This document shows positions 25,806 to 34,441 of a DNA stretch of 64,000 nucleotides, piece after piece. Each line of letters starts with the position of its first letter. Position 1 is the stretch's first letter. This stretch comes from a virus (lineage: Duplodnaviria; Caudoviricetes), in IMG/VR virus record IMGVR_UViG_3300037067_009382, positions 1 to 64,000 of that record. One strand, given 5' to 3'. The notes beneath the pieces are model-generated. The model made no database searches and had not been told where the DNA came from. It worked only from the letters and a program-made list of their open reading frames with translations. Made by a program: the position numbers and the translations under genes.

Positions 25806-26105
25806 TTACATACCAAATTCGGCGAGAGTCACTTTGCCGTCAACCGACAAAAATAACACTCGTTCCTGGCCCACAATGTGTCCGCCCTTTCGAAGCTTCG
25901 TTGATACGAAGTCAACGATACTCCTGAATTGATCATCAGTCATGGCTCCGAACTCTCTTTCGAGAGCTCCCTTCAGTGAAGAGGCACTCATCGGTTTCGC
26001 TGCTAGCAGGTCGCTAACCAACGCCGCTTTTGTTCCGTGTCGGAAACCGTAACTGTTCTTTGGCCCTTTACCTCTGGGCGATCGTTTGACTGTTGATTCT
26101 GCCAT
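25806..26105 (-). CDS. Small basic winged-helix-like protein
   Basis: NSYGFRHGTK..LVSDLL; paralogous to the C-terminus of the ORF at 22819. Confidence 0.65.
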   Translation of the reverse strand: MAESTVKRSPRGKGPKNSYGFRHGTKAALVSDLLAAKPMSASSLKGALEREFGAMTDDQFRSIVDFVSTKLRKGGHIVGQERVLFLSVDGKVTLAEFGM

Positions 26106-26125
26106 TTCATTACTCCTAAAAGAAT

Positions 26126-26170
26126 ATTATAGCGTGCTTCGGTGAAGAAATCAATAGGCTCGGCGAAGAA
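26126..26170 (-). promoter_or_regulatory. Sigma70-type promoter with flanking direct repeats
   Basis: TTGATT-N17-TATAAT; TCGGYGAAGAA at 26139-26149 and 26160-26170. Confidence 0.7.
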
Positions 26171-26176
26171 TTGAGT

Positions 26177-27439
26177 TTATTCCTCCTCCGCCTTACGAAT
26201 AAATCTAAATGAGCCCTTATCGATTAGCTGATCGCATCCAATATCCGTAGGCCCACGTCTATTCTTCTGTACGGAGAGATAAATGCGATCGCGTGCCTTT
26301 GCGGTAATGGAGATGATCAGGTCGGCCGTCTTGGCTTTACCAAGTGATTCAGCAACCGATTGAACACCAACAACCTCGGCTGCGTAAGCTTCACGGTTTG
26401 CCTGAGATGCTGTCCACACGAACACATTTAGCCGTTGAGCTAACCTACGGCATTCCTCATATATGGTTTGCATCTGGTCGTGCTTTTGTTGCTGGAAGGC
26501 CATCTTATCTGCAGGTACCATAATGTCGGCATAGTCAAGTATCACGTAGTCGACTCTGTAGTCTTCCTTCTGGCGAAGCATTTCGATGTGACGCTCTACG
26601 TCTCTTATGCTCGCACCCTTCGTGGGAAACTCCTTAATGATTAGATTCCCACCCATACCCTTCATTTTACTCGTTACTGAGTTGACGACCTTCAAGCGAT
26701 TATGCTCCAGCTCTCGATAGGGTACGCCTGACATCATCGAGTAGAACCTATTTGCTACAACCTTCTCGGACAACTCGAATGTGTAATAGACTCCCCTATA
26801 CCTTTGCACTATCGCCTGTCTCGCAACCTGCAATAACGCGGTTGATTTACCAATGCCAGGAAGTGCCATAAAGAATCCTAACTCTTTACGGGCAATGTTT
26901 GCAAAGTTCCTATCCAGATCGGGCACACCCAGTTGTAGTAACTCTTCGTCAAAGCTGGATGTAATTCTGATGTCCTGGGGAATGTGTATGCCTGTGTCTA
27001 TCGTCAGACCGACGTTCAATGCCTTTTGCATTAAGTCGGGTATCGCTTCGAGCTTGCCATTCTCTCTGAGTGTGATGGCTTCGTCGAGGGCCAATTGCAT
27101 AGCTCTATCCCGAGCGAACTTAACAACGTGCTCAATTACGTATTCGCGAGTTGCTTCGTCAGGAATAAGCTTCTCGAGGGTTGCGTAGTACTCCTCTTCG
27201 GGCCCTCGTCCAAATCTGTTCTTCAGTATCGCTTCGAGTTCGTGCTTTACCTCGACGATCGTGGGACGCATACGATACTTATCGTAGTGAGTGCACACCA
27301 CTTCACAGATTGCCTTATGATAATCGGTAGTAAAGAACTCTGGTCTGAGAAGTGTTGAGGCCTCTTTTATGAACTGGTCATCATACAGAAGGAGACTCAA
27401 TACCTCCTGCTGCATATCTAAATATCCCTGCTGAGCCAT
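26177..27439 (-). CDS. DnaB-like (SF4) replicative helicase
   Basis: Walker A ALPGIGKST, Walker B VILDYAD, WTASQANR, AESLGK, KNRRG. Confidence 0.92.
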   Translation of the reverse strand: MAQQGYLDMQQEVLSLLLYDDQFIKEASTLLRPEFFTTDYHKAICEVVCTHYDKYRMRPTIVEVKHELEAILKNRFGRGPEEEYYATLEKLIPDEATREYVIEHVVKFARDRAMQLALDEAITLRENGKLEAIPDLMQKALNVGLTIDTGIHIPQDIRITSSFDEELLQLGVPDLDRNFANIARKELGFFMALPGIGKSTALLQVARQAIVQRYRGVYYTFELSEKVVANRFYSMMSGVPYRELEHNRLKVVNSVTSKMKGMGGNLIIKEFPTKGASIRDVERHIEMLRQKEDYRVDYVILDYADIMVPADKMAFQQQKHDQMQTIYEECRRLAQRLNVFVWTASQANREAYAAEVVGVQSVAESLGKAKTADLIISITAKARDRIYLSVQKNRRGPTDIGCDQLIDKGSFRFIRKAEEE

Positions 27440-27555
27440 TGCGTCTCCTTAGGATGCCATCTTATCTTTTGAACCAACACCGTCACGAATTGTGACCTTT
27501 ATAAATCTACCCTTCTTCCACCACATAAGTCTATGCCACCAACGACGTCTACCTT

Positions 27556-27987
27556 CTACTGTAACGCGGTGGTTGCGGTTGAAGAGGTTCCTAAATATGG
27601 AGGCCATTCTTGTTCTCCTTCTTTCCACTTACTGCCCCAGACAAGATGAGCCCACAGCATCGCAGTCAAGATGCCAATAATCGTTGCGGGTATACCGTTC
27701 CAGTGAGACCATACAACCATACCCGGAAACCATATCGCTGTAATGAGCCAGAACCAATTCTTGTGGGGGAATATCCAGTCACGCATAATATACGTATACG
27801 GACGTCGATCGATGGGCTGTAACCAGAACTCGGTATGGAACCAGAACCAGGCGTACAAAGAAAAGCTGGCTCTGACTAACCTCGTCTTGTGGTCGCGTCT
27901 TACCTTTAACTTATACGCGTCCAAACCATAACGCGTACGGTTGGTCTTCTCCTCAAGGGTCATGTTTGGGTGTCTATCTTTTCGCAT
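27556..27987 (-). CDS. Trp-rich membrane protein
   Basis: Two hydrophobic segments in the C-terminal half. Confidence 0.6.
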   Translation of the reverse strand: MRKDRHPNMTLEEKTNRTRYGLDAYKLKVRRDHKTRLVRASFSLYAWFWFHTEFWLQPIDRRPYTYIMRDWIFPHKNWFWLITAIWFPGMVVWSHWNGIPATIIGILTAMLWAHLVWGSKWKEGEQEWPPYLGTSSTATTALQ

Positions 27988-28002
27988 ATCCCTCCTTATC
28001 TA

Positions 28003-28569
28003 TTACGCGTGTGTATTTTCACCTGTACTCGCATCCTCGCGAGCTTCGGCTTTAGTACCCACTGAGCAAAGTGTCGATATTCCACGGTACTCCTCATCCA
28101 GATCGAGACCGTATCCTACTACGAAGACATTTCCTATTTCGAAGCACCGGTAGTCGGGCTTGATATTCGCAACCTCACGTCGGCAAGGTTTATCGAGTAA
28201 CGCACAAATCTTTACTGACTTGGCCCCGTACTGAGTAAGAAGTTTGGTTAACGCTGCCATACTCTTACCCGTATCGACAATGTCTTCCACGATCAGTACG
28301 TCTCTTCCGTTAACGACAGGTACCCAGGCGATATCAACATCGAGAGTGCTCACCGTTCCTTGATATGTCGCCATCCTTACGAACTCGAGGTTATACTTGA
28401 AATTTAGCTGTCGAGTCAGGTCTGCTGCAAATATATATGCACCCTTCAGAACAACGATAAGCATTGGATTCTTATCGTGATAGTCCTTATGTAACTGCTT
28501 AGCTAACTTTCGGATGGCGTTGCTGATCTTCCCCTCGTTGATGAATGGCAAAAGAACTTGCTCTTGCAT
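28003..28569 (-). CDS. hpt: Hypoxanthine-guanine phosphoribosyltransferase
   Basis: VLKGAYIF, PRPP-binding LIVEDIVDTGKS, LLDKP, FVVGYGLD; start MQEQV. Confidence 0.95.
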   Translation of the reverse strand: MQEQVLLPFINEGKISNAIRKLAKQLHKDYHDKNPMLIVVLKGAYIFAADLTRQLNFKYNLEFVRMATYQGTVSTLDVDIAWVPVVNGRDVLIVEDIVDTGKSMAALTKLLTQYGAKSVKICALLDKPCRREVANIKPDYRCFEIGNVFVVGYGLDLDEEYRGISTLCSVGTKAEAREDASTGENTHA

Positions 28570-28762
28570 TCTCCCGTTCCTCCTCGGTCTTCTTGTACTC
28601 TTCCAGATCCTCTGGAACGCAGCTGGCGAAGTGGATCTCACCGCGAACATCTCTCGCAACGACCCAATCAGACCCTAGAGCTTCAACTCGCTTATCTTCA
28701 TACGAGTCTCGACCAAAGTGGCCCCCGCAGTATCCATATAACACATCGCCAATTCGAACCAT
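28499..28762 (-). CDS. Conserved small phage protein (GDVLYGYCGGHFGRDSY)
   Basis: RBS; overlaps the start of hpt. Confidence 0.6.
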   Translation of the reverse strand: MVRIGDVLYGYCGGHFGRDSYEDKRVEALGSDWVVARDVRGEIHFASCVPEDLEEYKKTEEERENARASSFAIHQRGEDQQRHPKVS

Positions 28763-28993
28763 CTAATTCTCCAGTGCCTTTGCATAGCAGCAGGCAAAGG
28801 TCAATCGCTGAATTTCACTTCTCGCGGGTGGGCAGAAGCCAATGCATCTCCCACTCAACTGGCACCCATTACATATTTGAGCAACAACTGCTTCTTGGGC
28901 CTGCTGTGCGCACGACTTAATAGTCGTCTCGTACATCGACAGTTCCAAATCGCGAGCTTGTTGTGGTGTTAGTCTGAACTTGCGTCCCATCAT
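28763..28993 (-). CDS. Small protein with a C-x2-C-x5-C-x3-C (SPASM-like) motif
   Basis: CNGCQLSGRCIGFC. Confidence 0.5.
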   Translation of the reverse strand: MMGRKFRLTPQQARDLELSMYETTIKSCAQQAQEAVVAQICNGCQLSGRCIGFCPPARSEIQRLTFACCYAKALEN

Positions 28994-29018
28994 AGGTATT
29001 ATACCGCCTTCTATTTCA

Positions 29019-29516
29019 TTACTCAAAACTAGGCAACTCAACCTTCACCAGCCCCTGTGCCCTATACCGTTGCTCCGTCTCGAGCAAGTCAACCAGAAGG
29101 TCTAGTCGATACTCTTCTTGCTCAGTACTTACAAGCCCATGACCCTCTACATACTCTACGGGTGGGAGCATTCCAACCTTACGTTGTACGAACTTGATAA
29201 TGTTCTGAAGGTAGGCATCGTTAATTTGTACCAGTGGGTGCAATCCACCCTGTCTATCTTTCCAGGTAAACTTCTTACGCAACTCTTTGAACTGTCCCGG
29301 ATCGAGCGTTGAGAAGTCGATAAAGATCCCATCGGGTACAGGCCCGAAAGCTTCATCGGGTATATCAAAGTCATCAGGGCCTGTGAAGTCCGCACCGAAC
29401 CGTCCCGCTCCTGCGGGATTATCATGATCATGGCAGAAGCAAGGAGAGCCAGGTAACAATGGATATTGTACACTGGCGTCTCCTCCGCATATTTTACAGT
29501 TACCGAGATCCGACAT
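29019..29516 (-). CDS. Hypothetical protein
   Basis: Likely start MSDLGNCKICG. Confidence 0.6.
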   Translation of the reverse strand: MSDLGNCKICGGDASVQYPLLPGSPCFCHDHDNPAGAGRFGADFTGPDDFDIPDEAFGPVPDGIFIDFSTLDPGQFKELRKKFTWKDRQGGLHPLVQINDAYLQNIIKFVQRKVGMLPPVEYVEGHGLVSTEQEEYRLDLLVDLLETEQRYRAQGLVKVELPSFE

Positions 29517-29910
29517 GGGCCTGCTCCTTAAACTGTTTAAGGCCTTCAACGCTAACCGAATAGGTGTTCCGATCCCTTGTAAGGATCTTTTGATTGACCA
29601 TCTGTTGAACAACATCACCAGCCACTCCTTGATCGAACGCCCCAAGTAAGATTGCATCGTAAGAGAGCGTCCGATTCTGACGCAGTACCCACTCGGCCAC
29701 CTTTTCCATGTCGTTAATGAGCAACTCGGTACCCCAGTTTCGAAGCTGGATAGGTGTGGCCCGTTCATTGTGATGCTCAGCCCTTATCAAGATACCGATG
29801 TTTGCTTCACTATCTGCCTCCTGGATCGTTCCGCCGTATGCAAGTTTGAACATATCGGCTTTCTCCAGTACTATGGTGACACCATTGGTTCCTGTTTTCG
29901 TAATTCTCAT
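29500..29910 (-). CDS. Hypothetical protein (possible C-terminal winged helix)
   Basis: RBS; 136 aa. Confidence 0.55.
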   Translation of the reverse strand: MRITKTGTNGVTIVLEKADMFKLAYGGTIQEADSEANIGILIRAEHHNERATPIQLRNWGTELLINDMEKVAEWVLRQNRTLSYDAILLGAFDQGVAGDVVQQMVNQKILTRDRNTYSVSVEGLKQFKEQAHVGSR

Positions 29911-29926
29911 CGTAACCTCTTTCTGT

Positions 29927-31294
29927 TTACTTGGCGGTCTTATTTCTCTCCGCTACAGCTAAATTATACGCGAGAGTACGCTCGAGGGTCTCTAATTCTG
30001 AATCGGCATTCTCCATATCAATCTCGGGTGGAGTCATGTCGCTATACAGATAGTTGCCCATCATCGATTGCAATCGCGTAGCTAACCTGGCTTGCATTGC
30101 CGTTAGAGCCGATAAGAACTTCTGGATAGTGAATCCGGACTTCCGATAAAACTCATCCTCGGTCTCGGTCGAGCGCGAGATCATCATGAAGATTAAAGCG
30201 TTTGCTTTAAGCTCCTCATAATTATATTGTGACACCAACCGCTTTGCTGTCGCGCCCGTCACTTCAGTAGTAGGCATTGACGATCCTACTATCTCGCGAT
30301 AGCGTCCTGAATACCACCGAATGAACTCTTGCGTTCTCGGGTGGGTCTCTTTTGACTTGACGATCTCCGTCCCTCTGAGAAGAAGTACTGATTCGCGTTG
30401 GTAAACTATCCTCTTTGTCTTCCCCACAGGAATTTCTTTAGTCACCACCGATTTGTTCTTACGGAGAGTGTCAAGAGCGGATTGATCGATATGTAGTACC
30501 GCTAATGCCTGGTTTCCTGTTAACCACTCATTCGTGGGCAACTCGCTGGGCGTCTCACCTGTATGTGTCTTCACTTGATCCTTTCCGTCCTCCGAATGCA
30601 TTCTTGCTCGTCCCCAGGCACCAGTATCACCTGGTTGTGGTGTCATGGTATTGAAACCTACTCCAGGAGTAGGTTCCACCTTTTTTGCCTCGTCTGAAGT
30701 AGGTTGTTCTTCAGTTATTTCACCAGGCTCTGTGCCTAAAACATGAGCTTCATTGTCAGATAAGGGGATATTATATATCCCCTCTTTTGGTAGTGATGTA
30801 CGTGTAGAACCATCGACATTGCGAATTTCTTCAGATTCCTCCGGATTTGAATTCAAACCCACTTGCGATTCAGTGGATTTCACTTGCGAATCTTCTTCAC
30901 CCCGCACCATGCCCTGTGCCTTAACTTCAACAGCGATTCTTTTCATGTCGCTGTCCAATAAATCCTTCTCTCTCCGTATGAGGTATTCCGCAAGGTCTTC
31001 CAACTTTATCCTGCGATGACTCCCAGGTGTACGCGTGGCCTGAATCTTACCGCTGTCGCATAAGTGTGCGATTGTAACATCGCTGTATCCTAAGAATTTC
31101 GCAGCTAGCCCCGTGGTGATGCACCCATCGAGTAACTGGTAAGCATCATCAGGAGCCATACCCATTTCGATAGAGTTCTCCACCATTTTGTTCAGGTTCT
31201 TCTTCATCGTCTTGTCGTTCTTATACACGTCGACGATCGTGCGTGTGATCAATGTAAACCACTGATCCTGTTGCTCTCTTGTGTATGCTTTCAT
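29927..31294 (-). CDS. DNA-binding protein with excisionase/MerR-like HTH domains
   Basis: ITTGLAAKFLGYS..TI...CDSGKIQATRTPGSHRRI; second HTH WLTGNQALAVLHI; acidic linker. Confidence 0.75.
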   Translation of the reverse strand: MKAYTREQQDQWFTLITRTIVDVYKNDKTMKKNLNKMVENSIEMGMAPDDAYQLLDGCITTGLAAKFLGYSDVTIAHLCDSGKIQATRTPGSHRRIKLEDLAEYLIRREKDLLDSDMKRIAVEVKAQGMVRGEEDSQVKSTESQVGLNSNPEESEEIRNVDGSTRTSLPKEGIYNIPLSDNEAHVLGTEPGEITEEQPTSDEAKKVEPTPGVGFNTMTPQPGDTGAWGRARMHSEDGKDQVKTHTGETPSELPTNEWLTGNQALAVLHIDQSALDTLRKNKSVVTKEIPVGKTKRIVYQRESVLLLRGTEIVKSKETHPRTQEFIRWYSGRYREIVGSSMPTTEVTGATAKRLVSQYNYEELKANALIFMMISRSTETEDEFYRKSGFTIQKFLSALTAMQARLATRLQSMMGNYLYSDMTPPEIDMENADSELETLERTLAYNLAVAERNKTAK

Positions 31295-31491
31295 TTTCCC
31301 TCCTTGGGTTTTATTTGTAGGGAGTGGTCGTCAAATCGAAACTCGTACTCCCTTCCTGCTTCCAGAACCTGTGTCTGGTCGGGTATGTAAATGATGTGCG
31401 TTTTGTCGTCTTCGCTCAACTCCACACCAGCAAGTCGAGCCGTAATTGTTTTCGGTGCCACTACTTCTTGCCTCCAGGATATTCTGAACAA
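31291..31491 (-). CDS. Small hypothetical protein
   Basis: 66-aa coupled ORF. Confidence 0.55.
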   Translation of the reverse strand: MFRISWRQEVVAPKTITARLAGVELSEDDKTHIIYIPDQTQVLEAGREYEFRFDDHSLQIKPKEGK

Positions 31492-32957
31492 CCATCCCAG
31501 AATCCATCGACCTCATTCTTATATTTATACGGATCCTTTACGCTGTTCATTTTGAAACCCGTCCGTCTCATAAAGTCTGGGCCACAAGTACCACAGGGAT
31601 TCTCTTCGGCTTCGTAGCAAGACCAAGCAAGATCGAGTGGTGCTTTCAACTCGAGACCCATTTTGATGATCTCATGCTTCATCAGGTGACCAACCGGCAT
31701 CTCAACCTGCACCCTCTTTCCGAGATTGACTGCATATGGAAGAACAGTTGAGAACTCGTCTGTAAAGATCGCTTCGTTATCAGGATACGCACCACTCTCC
31801 TCAAGATTGTTTCCGAGAGCGATAACGTCAAAGCCGTGAGCCTCTGCAATACCCACAGCCAGAGAATAGAAGATAAGGTTTCTTGCGGGTACCCACTCCC
31901 AAGCGAGTTCTGCCGAAGCCTCTCCCGCTCTTTCAGTCATCAAAGGCTGTCCCGATTCGGTTAATCTCGAGTGTCCAATGACGCCCTTGAAGATGTCTCC
32001 CATGGGGCAGAACATATACTTGCAACCGAGAGCTTTAGCGATTAGTGGAATCGCCTCAACTTCCTTCTTCTCGGCCCTACATTTATACTGATAATGAAGA
32101 AGGGTCACATCATGTCCCTCGCGTACGTATTTGGTTGCAACAACAACTGAATCCAATCCACCACTGCAAATCGCCAATACTCTTTTCTTGTCGTTACGCC
32201 GAACCACTGGGTAAAGCGATTGTTTTCCGATGTGGCGAGAGAGAATATCGATCTGCCATATCATATAAGGGCCACATTGCTCGATCGGCGACCTATCATA
32301 TATGGGAATTCGGTCTGTTTCCAGATAGCGTGGAAAGGTGCTAAAGAAAAAGCATTCGAGCTCCCTGTCGAACAGAACGTAGAGGGGCTTGTAATTTGCT
32401 GCCAGAGTTACCAAATGAGGATTGCGCTTGTCGTAGATTGCAAATGCAAAAGAGCCAACGACATCCTTCGTCAGGATCTCGGTAAGCTTCTCCCTGGATC
32501 TACCATCCCAGAATCGATGAAGATATTCCGCAACTGAGAGGGTGTCGATCTTCGTACTTGGAAGATCCACCTTCGCCTTCTTCCTCAGTTCGGCATCATT
32601 CGCGATTGTACCGTTATGGGTAATCCAGACCTTTTCGGATGCGTCACAGAATGGTTGGATATCGAACTTACCCTTTGTTCTTATCCACTCAGTAGTGGGC
32701 TCCGCTCGATTGTTCGCGATAGCACATATCGTATCGCGATTGATGAAACCGTTGGGCCACTTCGCTTGACTCGCTTTGCCCAACTCCTTGTAGGTAAACA
32801 CCTCACCATTCTGCTGAAACGCAGCGACTCCAAAAGAGTCTCTACCACGTTCCTCCGCTTGACAGATGATTGATTTCAGTCTGTTTTCAATGCGAAGGTA
32901 ATCGCTGCTGTGTCTCGGCTTCTTTAGGATAACCACACCCGAGATTGCACATGCCAT
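31461..32957 (-). CDS. queC: Gat-QueC: class II glutamine amidotransferase fused to preQ0 synthase
   Basis: N-terminal Ntn GATase (C..SG, RGRDSFG, NNRAEPT, HNGTIAN); QueC SGGLDS, VPARNL, YPDN, SCY..CGTC. Confidence 0.93.
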   Translation of the reverse strand: MACAISGVVILKKPRHSSDYLRIENRLKSIICQAEERGRDSFGVAAFQQNGEVFTYKELGKASQAKWPNGFINRDTICAIANNRAEPTTEWIRTKGKFDIQPFCDASEKVWITHNGTIANDAELRKKAKVDLPSTKIDTLSVAEYLHRFWDGRSREKLTEILTKDVVGSFAFAIYDKRNPHLVTLAANYKPLYVLFDRELECFFFSTFPRYLETDRIPIYDRSPIEQCGPYMIWQIDILSRHIGKQSLYPVVRRNDKKRVLAICSGGLDSVVVATKYVREGHDVTLLHYQYKCRAEKKEVEAIPLIAKALGCKYMFCPMGDIFKGVIGHSRLTESGQPLMTERAGEASAELAWEWVPARNLIFYSLAVGIAEAHGFDVIALGNNLEESGAYPDNEAIFTDEFSTVLPYAVNLGKRVQVEMPVGHLMKHEIIKMGLELKAPLDLAWSCYEAEENPCGTCGPDFMRRTGFKMNSVKDPYKYKNEVDGFWDGCSEYPGGKK

Positions 32958-32973
32958 TTTCTGTTTCCTCCTC

Positions 32974-34413
32974 TTATTTTTCCAGGCTTACTTCGAACCC
33001 TGGCTGTTCTTTCAAATATGTATAGCGTGAGATTCCGTGCAACGTTAGGAATCCGTGTTTCGGCTTTTGATCCTTTCTCTTGGGTGGAGTTCGATCCACA
33101 TCCATCAGATCGAGAAAGTCGTAGACGAATAACCTCATTCCTTCCTTCGCGCGTAGACCCCTGCCTATACGCTGCAGTAACTTGATTGGTGATTTCCCAC
33201 CGCCAAGCATTATTAGAGTATCGATGGACGGAATATCGACACCCTCATCCAGAATCGTACTGGAGATGAGAAGGTTCATGCCGTCCTTCGACTTAAACTC
33301 CTCGAGTGACTTCTTTCTGTATTCCGACTCGCACCCACCGTGAACAAACGCAACAAGAATTCCCCTTCGCTCGAGCATTGCTTGTAATCGCTCACCGTGA
33401 TCGATCTCGGTTACCAAAAGCAATACCTTTCGTCCCTCTTTGTAATGCCCGATCGCGATATCGATTGCCTTTGCGTTCCTGAAGGTGTTGACTACAATGC
33501 CATTGTGATACGCATCGGGCCACTCGAGATCCTTCTCGAGAACGGGTTGGGAGATTGGAATGAACTTAACTGTGGGTGCAGCGGAGACACCGCTGTCAAT
33601 TAAGTCCTTGTTGGTCGTAGTCCAAAGCACAGGCCCTGTCGCAGCCTCAAGCATCAGATCGCGATTGTCAGTTCTGATAGGTGTGCCACTGAATCCGAAG
33701 CGATATACCGCTGGACAGCGTAAAGCGATATCGTACCATGTCGATGCGCCCATATGGTGGCACTCGTCGACCATTATGCAGTTGAACTGATTCAACCACT
33801 CCGTACGATAGAACTTTGCCTCTTTTGTATCGCCCTTCATCCTTCTTGCGATTGTCGGAACCATTGCGATTGTAATTCGGCCTTTGTCGTTCCATGCCGA
33901 ATCTCCAATCAAGCCTACTGGCTCTCCTAACCACTCATGCAACCTTTCTCCCGTCTGGTGAAGAAGTTCTAACCGATGAGTCAGTACGATCACCTTTCCT
34001 GGGATACATTGTGCGAGTGCTGCCATGACCGCAGTCTTTCCTGCGTTAGTTGCCATGTGATAAATACCATAACGGAATTTCAGCCCTTCTTTCAAAGCAC
34101 TCAATTGATAATCGCGTAATTCTAATCCATGTAGACCTTTGTATCCGTCGATTTTCCCTGCGTTAAAGTCTTCAACTATAGAATAATGCAGTCCCTTTTT
34201 ATCGAATGTAGAACACACGCGTTTTAGTAGTCCGGTTGGGAAGCTTTTATCGAGTTTTCGATACAAGTGCTTCTTACCATCCCAGATGTGCCTTCGAAAT
34301 TGAGGCGAGTAAATATACCCCTCTTCGTAGAAAGCAGTCGCGTTATCAATTAGGCTAATTGCATCGGGGGTTGTACAAAATGTCCTGTTTGGTCTGACGA
34401 TAAATTCTTGCAT
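32974..34413 (-). CDS. SF2 helicase, UvsW-like
   Basis: LRDYQ, ATNAGKT, DECHH, SGTP, GVDIP, QRIGRGLR. Confidence 0.92.
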   Translation of the reverse strand: MQEFIVRPNRTFCTTPDAISLIDNATAFYEEGYIYSPQFRRHIWDGKKHLYRKLDKSFPTGLLKRVCSTFDKKGLHYSIVEDFNAGKIDGYKGLHGLELRDYQLSALKEGLKFRYGIYHMATNAGKTAVMAALAQCIPGKVIVLTHRLELLHQTGERLHEWLGEPVGLIGDSAWNDKGRITIAMVPTIARRMKGDTKEAKFYRTEWLNQFNCIMVDECHHMGASTWYDIALRCPAVYRFGFSGTPIRTDNRDLMLEAATGPVLWTTTNKDLIDSGVSAAPTVKFIPISQPVLEKDLEWPDAYHNGIVVNTFRNAKAIDIAIGHYKEGRKVLLLVTEIDHGERLQAMLERRGILVAFVHGGCESEYRKKSLEEFKSKDGMNLLISSTILDEGVDIPSIDTLIMLGGGKSPIKLLQRIGRGLRAKEGMRLFVYDFLDLMDVDRTPPKRKDQKPKHGFLTLHGISRYTYLKEQPGFEVSLEK

Positions 34414-34441
34414 GCTATATTATACGGAACTTGCGAATTAG

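Noticed and set aside
13923-27439. Inteins or introns in nrdJ, polA or the helicase
   Set aside because: Lengths are normal and frames uninterrupted; no intein C-terminal HN-C/S or LAGLIDADG blocks were seen.
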